Source: Cupriavidus necator (lineage in GTDB: Bacteria > Pseudomonadota > Gammaproteobacteria > Burkholderiales > Burkholderiaceae). Taken from it: DNA of 32,000 nt. A program made the translations under genes and the position numbers. Each line of letters starts with the position of its first letter. The stretch's first letter is position 1. The notes under the pieces are model-generated. The model saw only the letters and a list, made by a program, of their open reading frames with translations, was not told the origin of the DNA and made no database searches. Shown piece by piece: positions 1 to 10,285 of the stretch. The stretch spans positions 60,001-92,000 of the forward strand of contig NZ_CP066019.1 of NCBI RefSeq assembly GCF_016127575.1, read 5' to 3'.

Positions 1-8
1 GGCGGCTG

Positions 9-1652
9 ATGCGGGCAGGTTTCAGGCAGTCGATGGCATGGCTCCATACCTGGAGCGGCCTGCTGGTGTGCTGGGTGTTGCTGCTGATGTTCTGCGGCGG
101 CAGCGCCAGCTATTTCAAGGAAGAGATCTCGCTGTGGATGCGGCCCGAGCTGCATCGCACCGCGCCCGCCGCCGAGGTGCCGGCCACGCAGGTGGCGCAG
201 AACGCGGTGCGCTACCTCAGCCGGCAGGCACCCGATGCCGCGCGCTGGTTCATCACGCTGCCCGACGATCGGCGCCAGGCCGCCACCGTGCGGTGGGTCT
301 ACAAGCCGGGCCAGGCGCCGCGCGATGCCGACGGCAAGCCGCGCCGGTTCGACAGCCGCTTGCTCGACCCGGCCACCGGCGCGCCGCTGCAGGCCGCGCG
401 CGAGACCCGCGGCGGCGAGTTCCTGTACCGGCTGCATTTCGACCTGCACTACATGCCGGCCAGGTGGGCGCGCTGGATCGCCGGCTTCTGCGCCATGTTC
501 ATGCTGGTTGCCATCGTCAGCGGCGTCATCACGCACCGGCGCATCTTTGCCGACTTCTTCACGTTCCGGCGCGGCAAGGGCCAGCGATCCTGGCTCGATG
601 CGCACAATGCGCTGGCGGTGCTGGCGCTGCCATTCCACCTGATGATCACCTACACGGGGCTGGTCACGCTGCTGTTCATGTATATGCCCTGGGGCATCGA
701 GGCCGCCTATCGCGGCGGCGAGCGCGCTTTCCAGGCCGAGGCGATGCTGCGTCCGCGGCCAGCCAGCGCAGCGGGCACGCCCGCCGCGCTGACAAGCGTG
801 GCAGACATGGTGGCGCAGGCGGAGCGCCGCTGGCAGGGGGCCGCGCCGCGGCGCATCACCGTGAACCTGCCGGGCGATGCCAATGCCACCGTGGCGCTGA
901 CCCGTGCCGAGCCGACCACGCTGGCACACGATGCGTCCACGCTTGAATTCTCCGGCACCAGCGGCGCCATGCTGCGCGCGTACGCGGAAGACAAGTCAGC
1001 GGCAGAGCTGACGCGCAGCGTCATGACCGGCCTGCATATCGCCGGCTTTGCTTCACCAGGCCTGCGCGCGCTGTTCTTCCTGTGCGGCCTTGCCGGATCC
1101 GCTATGGTGGCTACCGGGGCGATCCTGTGGGCGGTACGCACGCGCCAGCAGCAGGCCAAGGCGCTGGCTGCAGGTGCTCGGCCCGGCGTTGGCCTGCGCC
1201 TGGTCGAGGCGCTGAACATCGGCGCCATCGCCGGCCTGCCGATTGCCTTTGCCAGCTACTTCTGGGCCAACCGCCTGTTGCCGGTGGAACTGGCGCAGCG
1301 GCCTGAAGCGGAGATCCGCTGGTTCTTCATCGCCTGGGCCGCCTGCGCGCTGCTGGCGCTGCTGCGTCCCGCGCGTGGCATGTGGCGCGCGCAGTTGTGG
1401 GTGGGTGCGGCGCTGTTCGGGGGCGTCCCGGTGCTCAACGCCCTGACCACCGGATCGCACCTGGGCGTGACCTTGCTGCAGGGGCGCGGGCCGGCGGCGG
1501 TGGCTGGCTTCGACCTGGTGACGCTGACGCTCGGTATCGCGCTGGCAGCCGCGGCCTGGATGGTCGGACGCGGGCAGCCGGCACCGCGGCGCACGTCACG
1601 CCAGCCGCAGAAGGTGGCCGAAGTGGCTGCCGTCACACAGGAGCCCGCATGA
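9..1652 (+). CDS. PepSY-associated TM-helix membrane protein (PiuB-like, iron-regulated membrane protein family)
   Basis: 547-aa ORF starting at ATG 9. The N-terminus MRAGFRQSMAWLHTWSGLL is the typical opening helix of PepSY_TM proteins. Several hydrophobic helices are separated by long soluble loops. GC3 bias is strong. Usual upstream partners such as a TonB-dependent receptor would lie off-window. Confidence 0.8.
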   Translation: MRAGFRQSMAWLHTWSGLLVCWVLLLMFCGGSASYFKEEISLWMRPELHRTAPAAEVPATQVAQNAVRYLSRQAPDAARWFITLPDDRRQAATVRWVYKPGQAPRDADGKPRRFDSRLLDPATGAPLQAARETRGGEFLYRLHFDLHYMPARWARWIAGFCAMFMLVAIVSGVITHRRIFADFFTFRRGKGQRSWLDAHNALAVLALPFHLMITYTGLVTLLFMYMPWGIEAAYRGGERAFQAEAMLRPRPASAAGTPAALTSVADMVAQAERRWQGAAPRRITVNLPGDANATVALTRAEPTTLAHDASTLEFSGTSGAMLRAYAEDKSAAELTRSVMTGLHIAGFASPGLRALFFLCGLAGSAMVATGAILWAVRTRQQQAKALAAGARPGVGLRLVEALNIGAIAGLPIAFASYFWANRLLPVELAQRPEAEIRWFFIAWAACALLALLRPARGMWRAQLWVGAALFGGVPVLNALTTGSHLGVTLLQGRGPAAVAGFDLVTLTLGIALAAAAWMVGRGQPAPRRTSRQPQKVAEVAAVTQEPA

Positions 1653-2011
1653 GCATGAATATGCTGGCTGCCTTCGCACTGTCGCTGTCAGGATTCGCCG
1701 CACTGGCGCTGTCGCTTGACCGCCACCATGCCGATATCCATGGCCGCGGCAGCATGCCGTCGCGGCGCGCGGTGGCTGGGCTGCGCGCGGCGGGTGCCGG
1801 CGCGCTCGCGCTAACCTGGTCGCTCCACGTTGCTGCCGACGGCGGGCCGCTGGGAACGGTGTCGTGGCTTGGCACGCTGACCGCCAGCGCGTTTGCCGTG
1901 GCGCTGGGCCTGTCCTATGCGCCACGCGCGGTGCAGCGCCTGCTGCCGGGCGTGGCGGGTATCGGCCTGGCCGCGCTGGCCGCGCGCTGGCTGCTTGCAA
2001 CCTGGATGTAG
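1649..2011 (+). CDS. small hydrophobic membrane protein, DUF3325-like, translationally coupled to the PepSY_TM gene
   Basis: 120-aa product MSMNMLAAFALSLSGFAALALSL... The ATG at 1649 overlaps the upstream stop (ATGA, 1649-1652). It has 3-4 hydrophobic helices. A small membrane protein directly after PepSY_TM matches the DUF3325 arrangement. The 1382 start in the ORF track lies inside the upstream gene and is rejected. Confidence 0.6.
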   Translation: MSMNMLAAFALSLSGFAALALSLDRHHADIHGRGSMPSRRAVAGLRAAGAGALALTWSLHVAADGGPLGTVSWLGTLTASAFAVALGLSYAPRAVQRLLPGVAGIGLAALAARWLLATWM

Positions 2012-2024
2012 CCCCTGCGCAGCC

Positions 2025-2450
2025 TTACAGCGGCGGGGGCACCCAGTACGGATCGCGGCCGTAGTACTCGTGCAGCGACTTGCCCCACTGGGGATCGGCC
2101 ATGCTCGGCCAGCTGTCCTTGTTGAAGCCCGGTGCGGATTTGAGCCGGTCTGCCGTCACCGCAATCCGGAAGCATTTCTCGTCGGTGTCCATGACCAGTG
2201 CATTCCATGGGATGGCGTGCAGCGTGTCGCCAATGCCGAGGAAGCCGCCGGTGGTCAGCACCGCGTAGGCGATGCGGCCGTGCGGCACATCCAGCATGAT
2301 CTCGGAAATCTTGCCGACGTGTTCGCCATCGGATGAATAGGCCTTGGTGCCGTCAAGGCTCGATGCCGCCATCACTTCAGGGCCCGGGCCTTCGCCCACG
2401 CCTGAACCGATGATGGCCGCGCCTTCACTGGTGGGAGGTTGGTTCGGCAT
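2025..2450 (-). CDS. PRC-barrel domain protein
   Basis: 141 aa from ATG 2450, preceded by GGAG (2457-2460). The core GEHVGKISEIMLDVPHGRIAYAVLTTGGFLGIGDTLHAIPWNAL fits the PRC-barrel pattern. The extra 43 N-terminal codons of the 184-aa track ORF look non-coding. Confidence 0.7.
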   Translation of the reverse strand: MPNQPPTSEGAAIIGSGVGEGPGPEVMAASSLDGTKAYSSDGEHVGKISEIMLDVPHGRIAYAVLTTGGFLGIGDTLHAIPWNALVMDTDEKCFRIAVTADRLKSAPGFNKDSWPSMADPQWGKSLHEYYGRDPYWVPPPL

Positions 2451-2581
2451 GCTGTGCTCCTTGTCGCAGGACGTTGGAATGCATGGCATGCGCAATGACC
2501 ATGCCTGCGCCGTTTGTGGCGCCGTACGCATGGGGCTGAAGTTGCCGGCTGCCGCCGTGGTAATTCTTTCGCGCGGCATGG

Positions 2582-2607
2582 AAAAAAAGGCGCGTCAGCA
2601 TGGCGCC
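2582..2607 (-). terminator. candidate intrinsic terminator downstream of the first porin gene
   Basis: On the minus strand, a GGCGC/GCGCC stem (2589-2593 / 2603-2607, 9-nt loop) is followed by a run of 7 T (A7 at 2582-2588 on the plus strand). It lies about 45 nt after the porin stop. The stem is short. Confidence 0.45.
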
Positions 2608-2650
2608 GCGTGCCTTCCTGCAGCGGCACCCGGTGGTGCCGCCGCGATCC

Positions 2651-3754
2651 TCAGAAGTGATGCCGCATGCCGAGCATGACGCCCACGCGCGTGGTCCTGT
2701 CCACGCCCGCGGCGGGCGCGCCGGCCCAGTATTCGGTCTCGCGTCCGACCGCGCCGCCGCGCGCGTGCACGGCATCGGCTTCCAGGTATACGCTGGTGCG
2801 CTTGGACAACGCATAGTCGGCCACCACGGCGATGCTGTCGGCGTTGCCGCTGCCCAGCAGCGCCGGCACGTCCTGGAACTGCGTGGTCACGTTGCCGCCC
2901 TGCCAGTAGCGGTAGTAGGCGCCCGAGACGTGCAGCGCCGGCGTGAGCTGGTAGCCGAGGCCGGCAAAGGCAATATTGAAGCGAGCGTCGCCCGCCGATT
3001 CGCGCCGGCCCATGTGCCCGAGGTAGGCCGTGGCCTTGCCGAAAGCGTAGGAGCCGCCCACCGAGTAGTTGCGCACGGTGTTGCCGCCGTCGGCGCTCTT
3101 GCGCTGGTCATAGGCCGCGCCCAGCGCCAGTGCGCCCTGCTGGAACATCAGCCCACCCCCCAGCGTGATGCCGCGCGCCAGGCTGCCGGGCTGCTCGCCG
3201 GTGCCATAGTCCAACTGCAGCGTGAACGGTCCTGCGGTCTTCTTGTAGACCATGCTGTTGTTGATGCGGTAGTCCTGGAAGAAGATGTCGCCGCCGATAT
3301 ACAGCGGGTCGGACCAGAAATTGCCCCAGCCCTGGTCCAGCGGATTGAAGGCCCAGCCAATATTGTTCAGCGCGTTGTACTGGCGCCCGAAGGTCAGGCT
3401 GCCCCAGTCGCCGGAAAGTCCCGCATAGGCCTGGCGCCCGAACAGCATGTTGTAGCTGGAGCGGCCGTCGTCGCTGCCGATGCCGGCCTCGAGCCGGAAG
3501 ATGACGTGGTTGCCGCCGCCCAGGTCTTCATCGCCCTTCAGGCCGAAGCGGCTGCCGACCATGCCGCCGGAGACCAGTGCGGCCTGGCCGTTGTGGTGGC
3601 CATCCAGGTTGGAGGTGTAGCGCACGGCGGAGCTGGCGATGCCGTACAGGGTCACGCCTGGCTCGGCGTGGGCGTTGGTGCCGGCGAGGGCGGCAAGGGC
3701 GACGAAAGGCAAAAGCCCGGCCGCCAGCAGCCGGTGGCTGGCTGTCTGGTTCAT
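2651..3754 (-). CDS. outer-membrane porin (Burkholderiales OmpC-like / Porin_4 type)
   Basis: 367 aa. Signal peptide ends ...LAGTNAHA/EPG. Motifs present: GVTLYGI, SRFGLKG.EDLGGG and FGRQAY..L...G.L.FGRQYN. The C-terminus is ...GMRHHF with a terminal Phe. SD GGAGGA lies upstream of ATG 3754. Confidence 0.9.
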   Translation of the reverse strand: MNQTASHRLLAAGLLPFVALAALAGTNAHAEPGVTLYGIASSAVRYTSNLDGHHNGQAALVSGGMVGSRFGLKGDEDLGGGNHVIFRLEAGIGSDDGRSSYNMLFGRQAYAGLSGDWGSLTFGRQYNALNNIGWAFNPLDQGWGNFWSDPLYIGGDIFFQDYRINNSMVYKKTAGPFTLQLDYGTGEQPGSLARGITLGGGLMFQQGALALGAAYDQRKSADGGNTVRNYSVGGSYAFGKATAYLGHMGRRESAGDARFNIAFAGLGYQLTPALHVSGAYYRYWQGGNVTTQFQDVPALLGSGNADSIAVVADYALSKRTSVYLEADAVHARGGAVGRETEYWAGAPAAGVDRTTRVGVMLGMRHHF

Positions 3755-3860
3755 GGATTTCCTCCGGAAGTCCGACCCGCCCCGGTGCTTGCAGCGCGCC
3801 GGCGCGGATCCGTCAGGCCGATGGCCTGCGGGTTCCAGTCCCGCGCGGGGGCGCGCGGGT

Positions 3861-3877
3861 CGTCATCGGGCGCAGCG
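3861..3877 (+). repeat. 17-bp exact direct repeat, copy A (CGTCATCGGGCGCAGCG)
   Basis: Identical 17-mer recurs at 4150-4166. Both copies lie in the unusually GC-rich 423-bp spacer between the LysR stop and the porin start. Confidence 0.6.
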
Positions 3878-4149
3878 CAACGGATGCGCAGGGCCCGGGC
3901 GAAGGTCGAAGTGGGCGGCGATGCCTGGTTGGCGGCGAATGCCGGCAGTGTTGCCGGGCAAGCCTTGGGCAGCGCCGGTTGCCGGCGCCACGGGAGCGGC
4001 CCGAAGGCCATTGAGCGGGTTCGCCGGCGCCCACTTCGGCAGTCATGGCGGCCTGGGCCGATATGACTGGGGAGGCATGTTCCGGGTCGTCCCGGGTGCG
4101 GCGAACAGGCGCTAGTTTACCTGCATTGCGCAAATGCCCCCGGAAAGTG

Positions 4150-4166
4150 CGTCATCGGGCGCAGCG
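4150..4166 (+). repeat. 17-bp exact direct repeat, copy B (CGTCATCGGGCGCAGCG)
   Basis: Identical to 3861-3877. It sits 12 nt beyond the LysR stop codon (4178-4180). Confidence 0.6.
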
Positions 4167-4177
4167 AGGCGGCGCGA

Positions 4178-5095
4178 TCAGTTGCCGGCAGCGGTGGCCG
4201 GCGCATCGCGCGACAGGCCCAGGATCCAGTTGCGGAAGGCCGCCAGCGCTTCGGATTCGGGCCGGCCCTCCGGATAGGCGAAGTAGTAGCCCTGCTGTTC
4301 GTCCAGCATGCCCGCCAGCGGAATTACCAGCTGGCCGGTCCGCAGCTCGCGCTCGATCAGCAGGCGCGGCGCCAGGCCGATGCCAAGCCCGGCCGTAGCG
4401 GCGGCCGTCATCATCGTGAACAGCTCGTAGCGCGGCCCGCGCGAGGCGGCCAGGTCATAGGCCCAGCCCTGTGCCGCGTACCAGTCGCGCCAGGCGTTGG
4501 CGCGCGTGCTCAGGTGCAGGTGGCGGCAGCGCGCCAGGCTGGCGGCGTCGGTCACGGGATGCCCGGCCAGGAAGGCGGGGCTGCACACCGGCACCATGCC
4601 GCCTTCGCGGAAGATCACGCCGCCGCGCGTGCCGGGCCAGAACTGGTCGCCGAAATAAATCGCCGCGTCATAGGCGCATTCCTGGAACGAGAACGGCTGC
4701 GAGCGCGCCGCCAGGTTGACCGTCACATTGGGATGGCGCCGCGCAAAGTCCGGCAGGCGCGGGATCAGCCATTGGGTGGCAAAGGTGGGCACCACCGCCA
4801 GCTCCAGCGTGTAGCCCATGGCCCGGCCGGTGGTGATTTCCAGCGTGTCGCGCTGCAGGTGGTCCAGGTGCCGGCGAATGCGCGCGGCGTATTCGCGCCC
4901 GGTATCGGTCAGCTCCAGGCGCCGGCGCACGCGTGTGAACAGCGCCACGCCCAGGCGCTGCTCCAGCTGCGCCACCTGCCGCCCCACCGCGCTGTGCGTC
5001 AGCGCCAGCTCTGCCGCGGCGCGGGTAAAGCTGCCCAGCCGCGCCGAGGCCTCGAAGGCCTGCAGCGCGCCCAGGTTGGGGATGTCGTTTCTCAT
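4178..5095 (-). CDS. LysR-family transcriptional regulator (GcvA-like HTH)
   Basis: 305 aa from ATG 5095. The N-terminal wHTH is LGALQAFEASARLGSFTRAAAELALTHSAVGRQVAQLEQRLGVALF, followed by a C-terminal LysR substrate-binding-type region. It is divergent from the DUF1338 gene. The 5176 start is rejected because its 27-aa extension is Arg/Cys-rich. Confidence 0.85.
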   Translation of the reverse strand: MRNDIPNLGALQAFEASARLGSFTRAAAELALTHSAVGRQVAQLEQRLGVALFTRVRRRLELTDTGREYAARIRRHLDHLQRDTLEITTGRAMGYTLELAVVPTFATQWLIPRLPDFARRHPNVTVNLAARSQPFSFQECAYDAAIYFGDQFWPGTRGGVIFREGGMVPVCSPAFLAGHPVTDAASLARCRHLHLSTRANAWRDWYAAQGWAYDLAASRGPRYELFTMMTAAATAGLGIGLAPRLLIERELRTGQLVIPLAGMLDEQQGYYFAYPEGRPESEALAAFRNWILGLSRDAPATAAGN

Positions 5096-5172
5096 GGGAC
5101 TGCGAGGGAAGGAAGGCTGACAGTATAAACAGCGGCGCCAGGCCGCACCGCTACCGCGGTCGTGCGCCGCAC

Positions 5173-5186
5173 GCACAACGTTGTGC
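5173..5186. promoter_or_regulatory. perfect 14-bp palindrome GCACAACGTTGTGC in the LysR/DUF1338 divergent promoter (candidate LysR operator)
   Basis: The sequence is self-complementary over 14 bp. It lies 78 bp upstream of the LysR ATG and 98 bp upstream of the DUF1338 ATG. TGCGC-containing partial repeats follow at 5184-5206. Confidence 0.4.
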
Positions 5187-5283
5187 GCAATGCGCGCTTG
5201 TGCGCGCCATGGGGGTGCCCCTATCCTGCCCCGCGTATCGTCGCCAGCCCGGCTGCCATCCCAGTGCTCACCTGTTTGTGCCC

Positions 5284-6306
5284 ATGACCTCCAATCTCTC
5301 CACGCTTCTCACCGCCAACGTCGGCGCCGCCCGCGCCGCGCAACTGCTCGCGCTGGTCACCTTGCCCGCGGATTTGCCGCAGGCCCCGCAGGGCCGTGCC
5401 AGCCGCGCGGAAATCGCCCAGGCCCTGAACATGGTGCTGTTCGGCGGCATCCTCGAGCGCGTGCCGAGCGGCCGCGCCTACACCGACGACGTTGCCTCCG
5501 CCGGCGGCAAGGTCACTTTCGACCACGGCGCGCTGCGCACGGTCAAGTGGCGCGACAACGGCGCGCTGCCCGAAGGCGAGGCCGCCTTCACCCGCATCCT
5601 GCGCCCGCTCGGCTACGTGCTCAACGGCACCTATCCGCTGGACCGCATCGGCATGACCGGTCGCTCATACGCGCATGCCGACGCGCCCGAGGGCATCGCC
5701 CAGTTCTTCCTCAGCGAATTCCATCCGGAACGCTTCAGCGACGCCTTCCGCGCCGCCGTCAGCCGCGTCACCGGCACCTCCGCCGACCCGCTCACGCCGC
5801 GCGCGCAGACCCTGCTGTGGCAACTGGAGCGCGACGGCGCGCTGGACCTGGCCGACGGCGCCGAGCTGGTCGGCCTGCTGGTGCCATGCTTCGAGCGCCA
5901 GCACGCCACCCCGAGCCTGGCCGACTATGAAACGCTGCTCAGTGAATCGGCCGAGATGGCCTGGGTCGCCACCGAAGGCAACGCCTTCAACCACGCCACC
6001 GACCGCGTCGACGACGTGTTCGCGCTCGCCGAGCAGCAGAAGCAGCTGGGCCGGCCGATGAAGGACAAGGTCGAAGTCTCGCGCAGCGGCCGCGTCAAGC
6101 AGACCGCGTTCCGCGCGGATACGGTGCGCCGCGCCTTCGTCGGCGCGCACGGCGAGACGGTGGAGCGGGACGTGCCGGGATCGTTCTACGAGTTCATCAC
6201 GCGCGATCGCTTTGCCGATGAAGCGGCAGCGCCGCAGCGTTATGACCTGGGGTTTGATGCCGGGAATGCGCAGGGGATCTTCAAGATGACGGCGGCGGCC
6301 TGCTGA
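5284..6306 (+). CDS. DUF1338-family protein (VOC fold; HglS/YdcJ-like 2-oxoadipate dioxygenase/decarboxylase family, short subfamily)
   Basis: 340 aa from ATG 5284. The blocks GKVTFDHGALRTVKW and WVATEGNAFNHATDRV resemble DUF1338 proteins. GC3 bias is good. The family call is from memory only. Confidence 0.6.
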   Translation: MTSNLSTLLTANVGAARAAQLLALVTLPADLPQAPQGRASRAEIAQALNMVLFGGILERVPSGRAYTDDVASAGGKVTFDHGALRTVKWRDNGALPEGEAAFTRILRPLGYVLNGTYPLDRIGMTGRSYAHADAPEGIAQFFLSEFHPERFSDAFRAAVSRVTGTSADPLTPRAQTLLWQLERDGALDLADGAELVGLLVPCFERQHATPSLADYETLLSESAEMAWVATEGNAFNHATDRVDDVFALAEQQKQLGRPMKDKVEVSRSGRVKQTAFRADTVRRAFVGAHGETVERDVPGSFYEFITRDRFADEAAAPQRYDLGFDAGNAQGIFKMTAAAC

Positions 6307-6360
6307 TTGCGATGAAGGAGGAGGGCGCGGGCGCGTGGATGCGCCGGCCCTTTCCCTCGG

Positions 6361-6386
6361 CCCCTCTCCCGCACGCGGGGGAGGGG
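6361..6386. other. GC-rich stem-loop between convergent genes (REP-like or bidirectional terminator candidate)
   Basis: CCCCTCTCCCG-cacg-CGGGGGAGGGG forms an 11-bp stem with one G.U pair and a 4-nt loop. It sits in the 92-bp spacer between the DUF1338 stop and the fusA stop. No flanking T-tract on either strand. Confidence 0.4.
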
Positions 6387-6398
6387 AGCAAACCATTG

Positions 6399-8504
<2,106 letters not shown>

Positions 8505-8560
8505 AGTGTTCTCCATGGATGAAACACGCTTGAATAGAGTAGCACCACTGGCTGTTTGCC

Positions 8561-8587
8561 GTTGTCCCTGCCGTGCGCAGGGGCAAC
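8561..8587 (-). other. stem-loop in the putative fusA 5' leader
   Basis: GTTGTCCCTGC-cgtgc-GCAGGGGCAAC pairs at 10 of 11 positions. It lies 57-83 nt upstream of the fusA start. Confidence 0.3.
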
Positions 8588-8797
8588 ACCGCCACGGCCC
8601 CGTGCCCCGGCATGAGCGCGTGTCTGAGGCGGGCCTAGGATTCGGCCTCATGCGAAACCGATTTCTCCCATCCTGCCAGCGTCCGCGGCTCCCTATACTG
8701 GCGCAGCATCGCGCCCCGCGTGTTAATCGCCCTGCCATCCCATGCCCGGGCAGAATGCGCGCCGTCGCCGATGCGTTCCCGGACTACGAAGCCACGC

Positions 8798-9427
8798 ATG
8801 ACAACCATCCTGATCGTTGACGACCATCCGGCGATGCGGCTGGTGCTCAGGCACCATCTGCTGCAGCTGCTTGGCGTAGACGAGGTGATCGAAGCAGACA
8901 ACGGACAGTGCGCCATCGAGCTGGTGCGCGCGCGCACGCCGGACCTCGTGCTGCTCGACCTGGACATCCCGCGCTCCAGCGGGCTGGATGTGGCGCCGCG
9001 CCTGCGCGCGATCCATCCGCAGGTGCGCATTCTGGTGGTGACGGCGCTGGACCCGGCGGTGTTCATCAGCCGGTCATGGCAGGCCGGTGCGCAGGGCTTC
9101 GTCAGCAAGACCCAGGACATCAAGGAAATCCTGCGTGCGGTCGAGGCGGTGCTGGCGGGCTATACCGTGTTCCCGGTGCTCAGCCGCGGCGGCGCGCCGC
9201 GCCAGGCCATGTCGGCGGATGAGGAGATCCTGCGGCGCCTTTCCGACAAGGAACTGGTGGTGCTGCAGATGCTGGCGCGCGGCATGTCCTACAAGGCCAT
9301 CAGCGCCAGCCTCTTTATCAGCAACAAGACCGTGAGCAGCTACAAGGCACGCATCATGGGTAAGCTGCAGGTCTCGTCCCTGGTGGAGCTGGTGGACTTT
9401 GCGCGGCGTTGCCGGCTGACCCCCTGA
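8798..9427 (+). CDS. LuxR/FixJ (NarL/BvgA-type) response regulator, no adjacent kinase
   Basis: 209 aa from ATG 8798. Receiver domain: ILIVDDHPAMR...DLVLLDLDIP...VVTAL. LuxR HTH: ELVVLQMLARGMSYKAISASLFISNKTVSSYKARIMGKL. Confidence 0.85.
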   Translation: MTTILIVDDHPAMRLVLRHHLLQLLGVDEVIEADNGQCAIELVRARTPDLVLLDLDIPRSSGLDVAPRLRAIHPQVRILVVTALDPAVFISRSWQAGAQGFVSKTQDIKEILRAVEAVLAGYTVFPVLSRGGAPRQAMSADEEILRRLSDKELVVLQMLARGMSYKAISASLFISNKTVSSYKARIMGKLQVSSLVELVDFARRCRLTP

Positions 9428-9493
9428 TCTCGGTCCATATCATTAGACATCGTATGACTTGGCGGCCGCACCCATCCAGTGCGCGCGCGTCGC

Positions 9494-10258
9494 TCAGCCT
9501 TGGGCGCCGGCCGGCGCCGAGGCCTTGCGCAGCCGTTCGCGGCTGTTGGTCAGGTGCATGCGCATGGCGGCCTTGGCCCCGTCCGGGTCGCGGCGCTCGA
9601 TCGCGTCGTAGATGTTCTCGTGCTCGATGCTGACGCGGTCCAGGTACTGCTCGCGCTCGGGCGTGCTGACCTGCAGGCGGCTGCGCGGGATCACCATGGT
9701 GCCCAGGTGGCCCATGATGTCGGTGAAATAGCGGTTGCCGGTGGCGCGTGCAATCGCCAGGTGGAAGGCAAAATCGCTCTCCACGGCGTCGTTGCCGGCG
9801 CCGGCACTGCGCTTGAGCTCGTCCAGCGCCTGGCGCATCGCGGCCAGCTGCGCGTCGGTGCGGCGCGACGCGGCCAGGCCCGCGGCCTCGGCCTCAAGGC
9901 TGACGCGGAATTCCAGCATCGCCATCACATCCATGGCCGTGCCCAGCGCGTCCGGCCCGATGCGGAAGGGCGAGGGCGCCTCGGCCGCGCGCGCCAGCAC
10001 GAAGGTGCCGATGCCGTGGCGCGTCTCGACCAGGCCGCTGGCCTGCAGCCGCGACAGTGCCTCGCGCACCACGGTGCGGCTGACCCCCATCGACGCCATG
10101 ATCTCCGACTCGGTCGGCAGCTTGTTGCCGGGCTTGAGCTGGCCCTGGCGGATTTCTTCGCCAAGGGCTTGCACCACTTCTTCGGCAAGCGTGCGGCCGC
10201 GGCGGCGCAGCGGCGCAGAAACGGGCGGAACGGACTGGGCGGAGGTGGAGTTCGGCAT
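9494..10258 (-). CDS. GntR-family (FadR/FCD subfamily) transcriptional regulator of the glucarate module
   Basis: 254 aa from ATG 10258. wHTH KLPTESEIMASMGVSRTVVREALSRLQASGLVETRHGIGTFV plus a helical C-terminal FCD-like domain. It is divergent from gudD. The alternative ATG 10309 would abut the gudD -10 box. Confidence 0.85.
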   Translation of the reverse strand: MPNSTSAQSVPPVSAPLRRRGRTLAEEVVQALGEEIRQGQLKPGNKLPTESEIMASMGVSRTVVREALSRLQASGLVETRHGIGTFVLARAAEAPSPFRIGPDALGTAMDVMAMLEFRVSLEAEAAGLAASRRTDAQLAAMRQALDELKRSAGAGNDAVESDFAFHLAIARATGNRYFTDIMGHLGTMVIPRSRLQVSTPEREQYLDRVSIEHENIYDAIERRDPDGAKAAMRMHLTNSRERLRKASAPAGAQG

Positions 10259-10285
10259 GGTGGATACGGGCGGGGTTTCCCGGAC

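Noticed and set aside
2600-4066. 488-aa plus-strand ORF
   Set aside because: It is antisense to the porin gene and runs through the porin promoter region. The composition is shadow-like.
3751-4133. Small minus-strand ORFs (106 aa at 3813-4133; 86 aa at 3751-4011) upstream of the first porin gene
   Set aside because: The products are Arg/Pro/Ala-rich, have no SD, and the ORFs overlap each other in different frames. At most they are relics, as covered in the direct-repeat finding.
8743-8752. 10-bp palindrome TGCCCGGGCA in the fusA / response-regulator spacer
   Set aside because: Short GC-only palindromes are frequent by chance in this composition, and no second copy or promoter context supports it.
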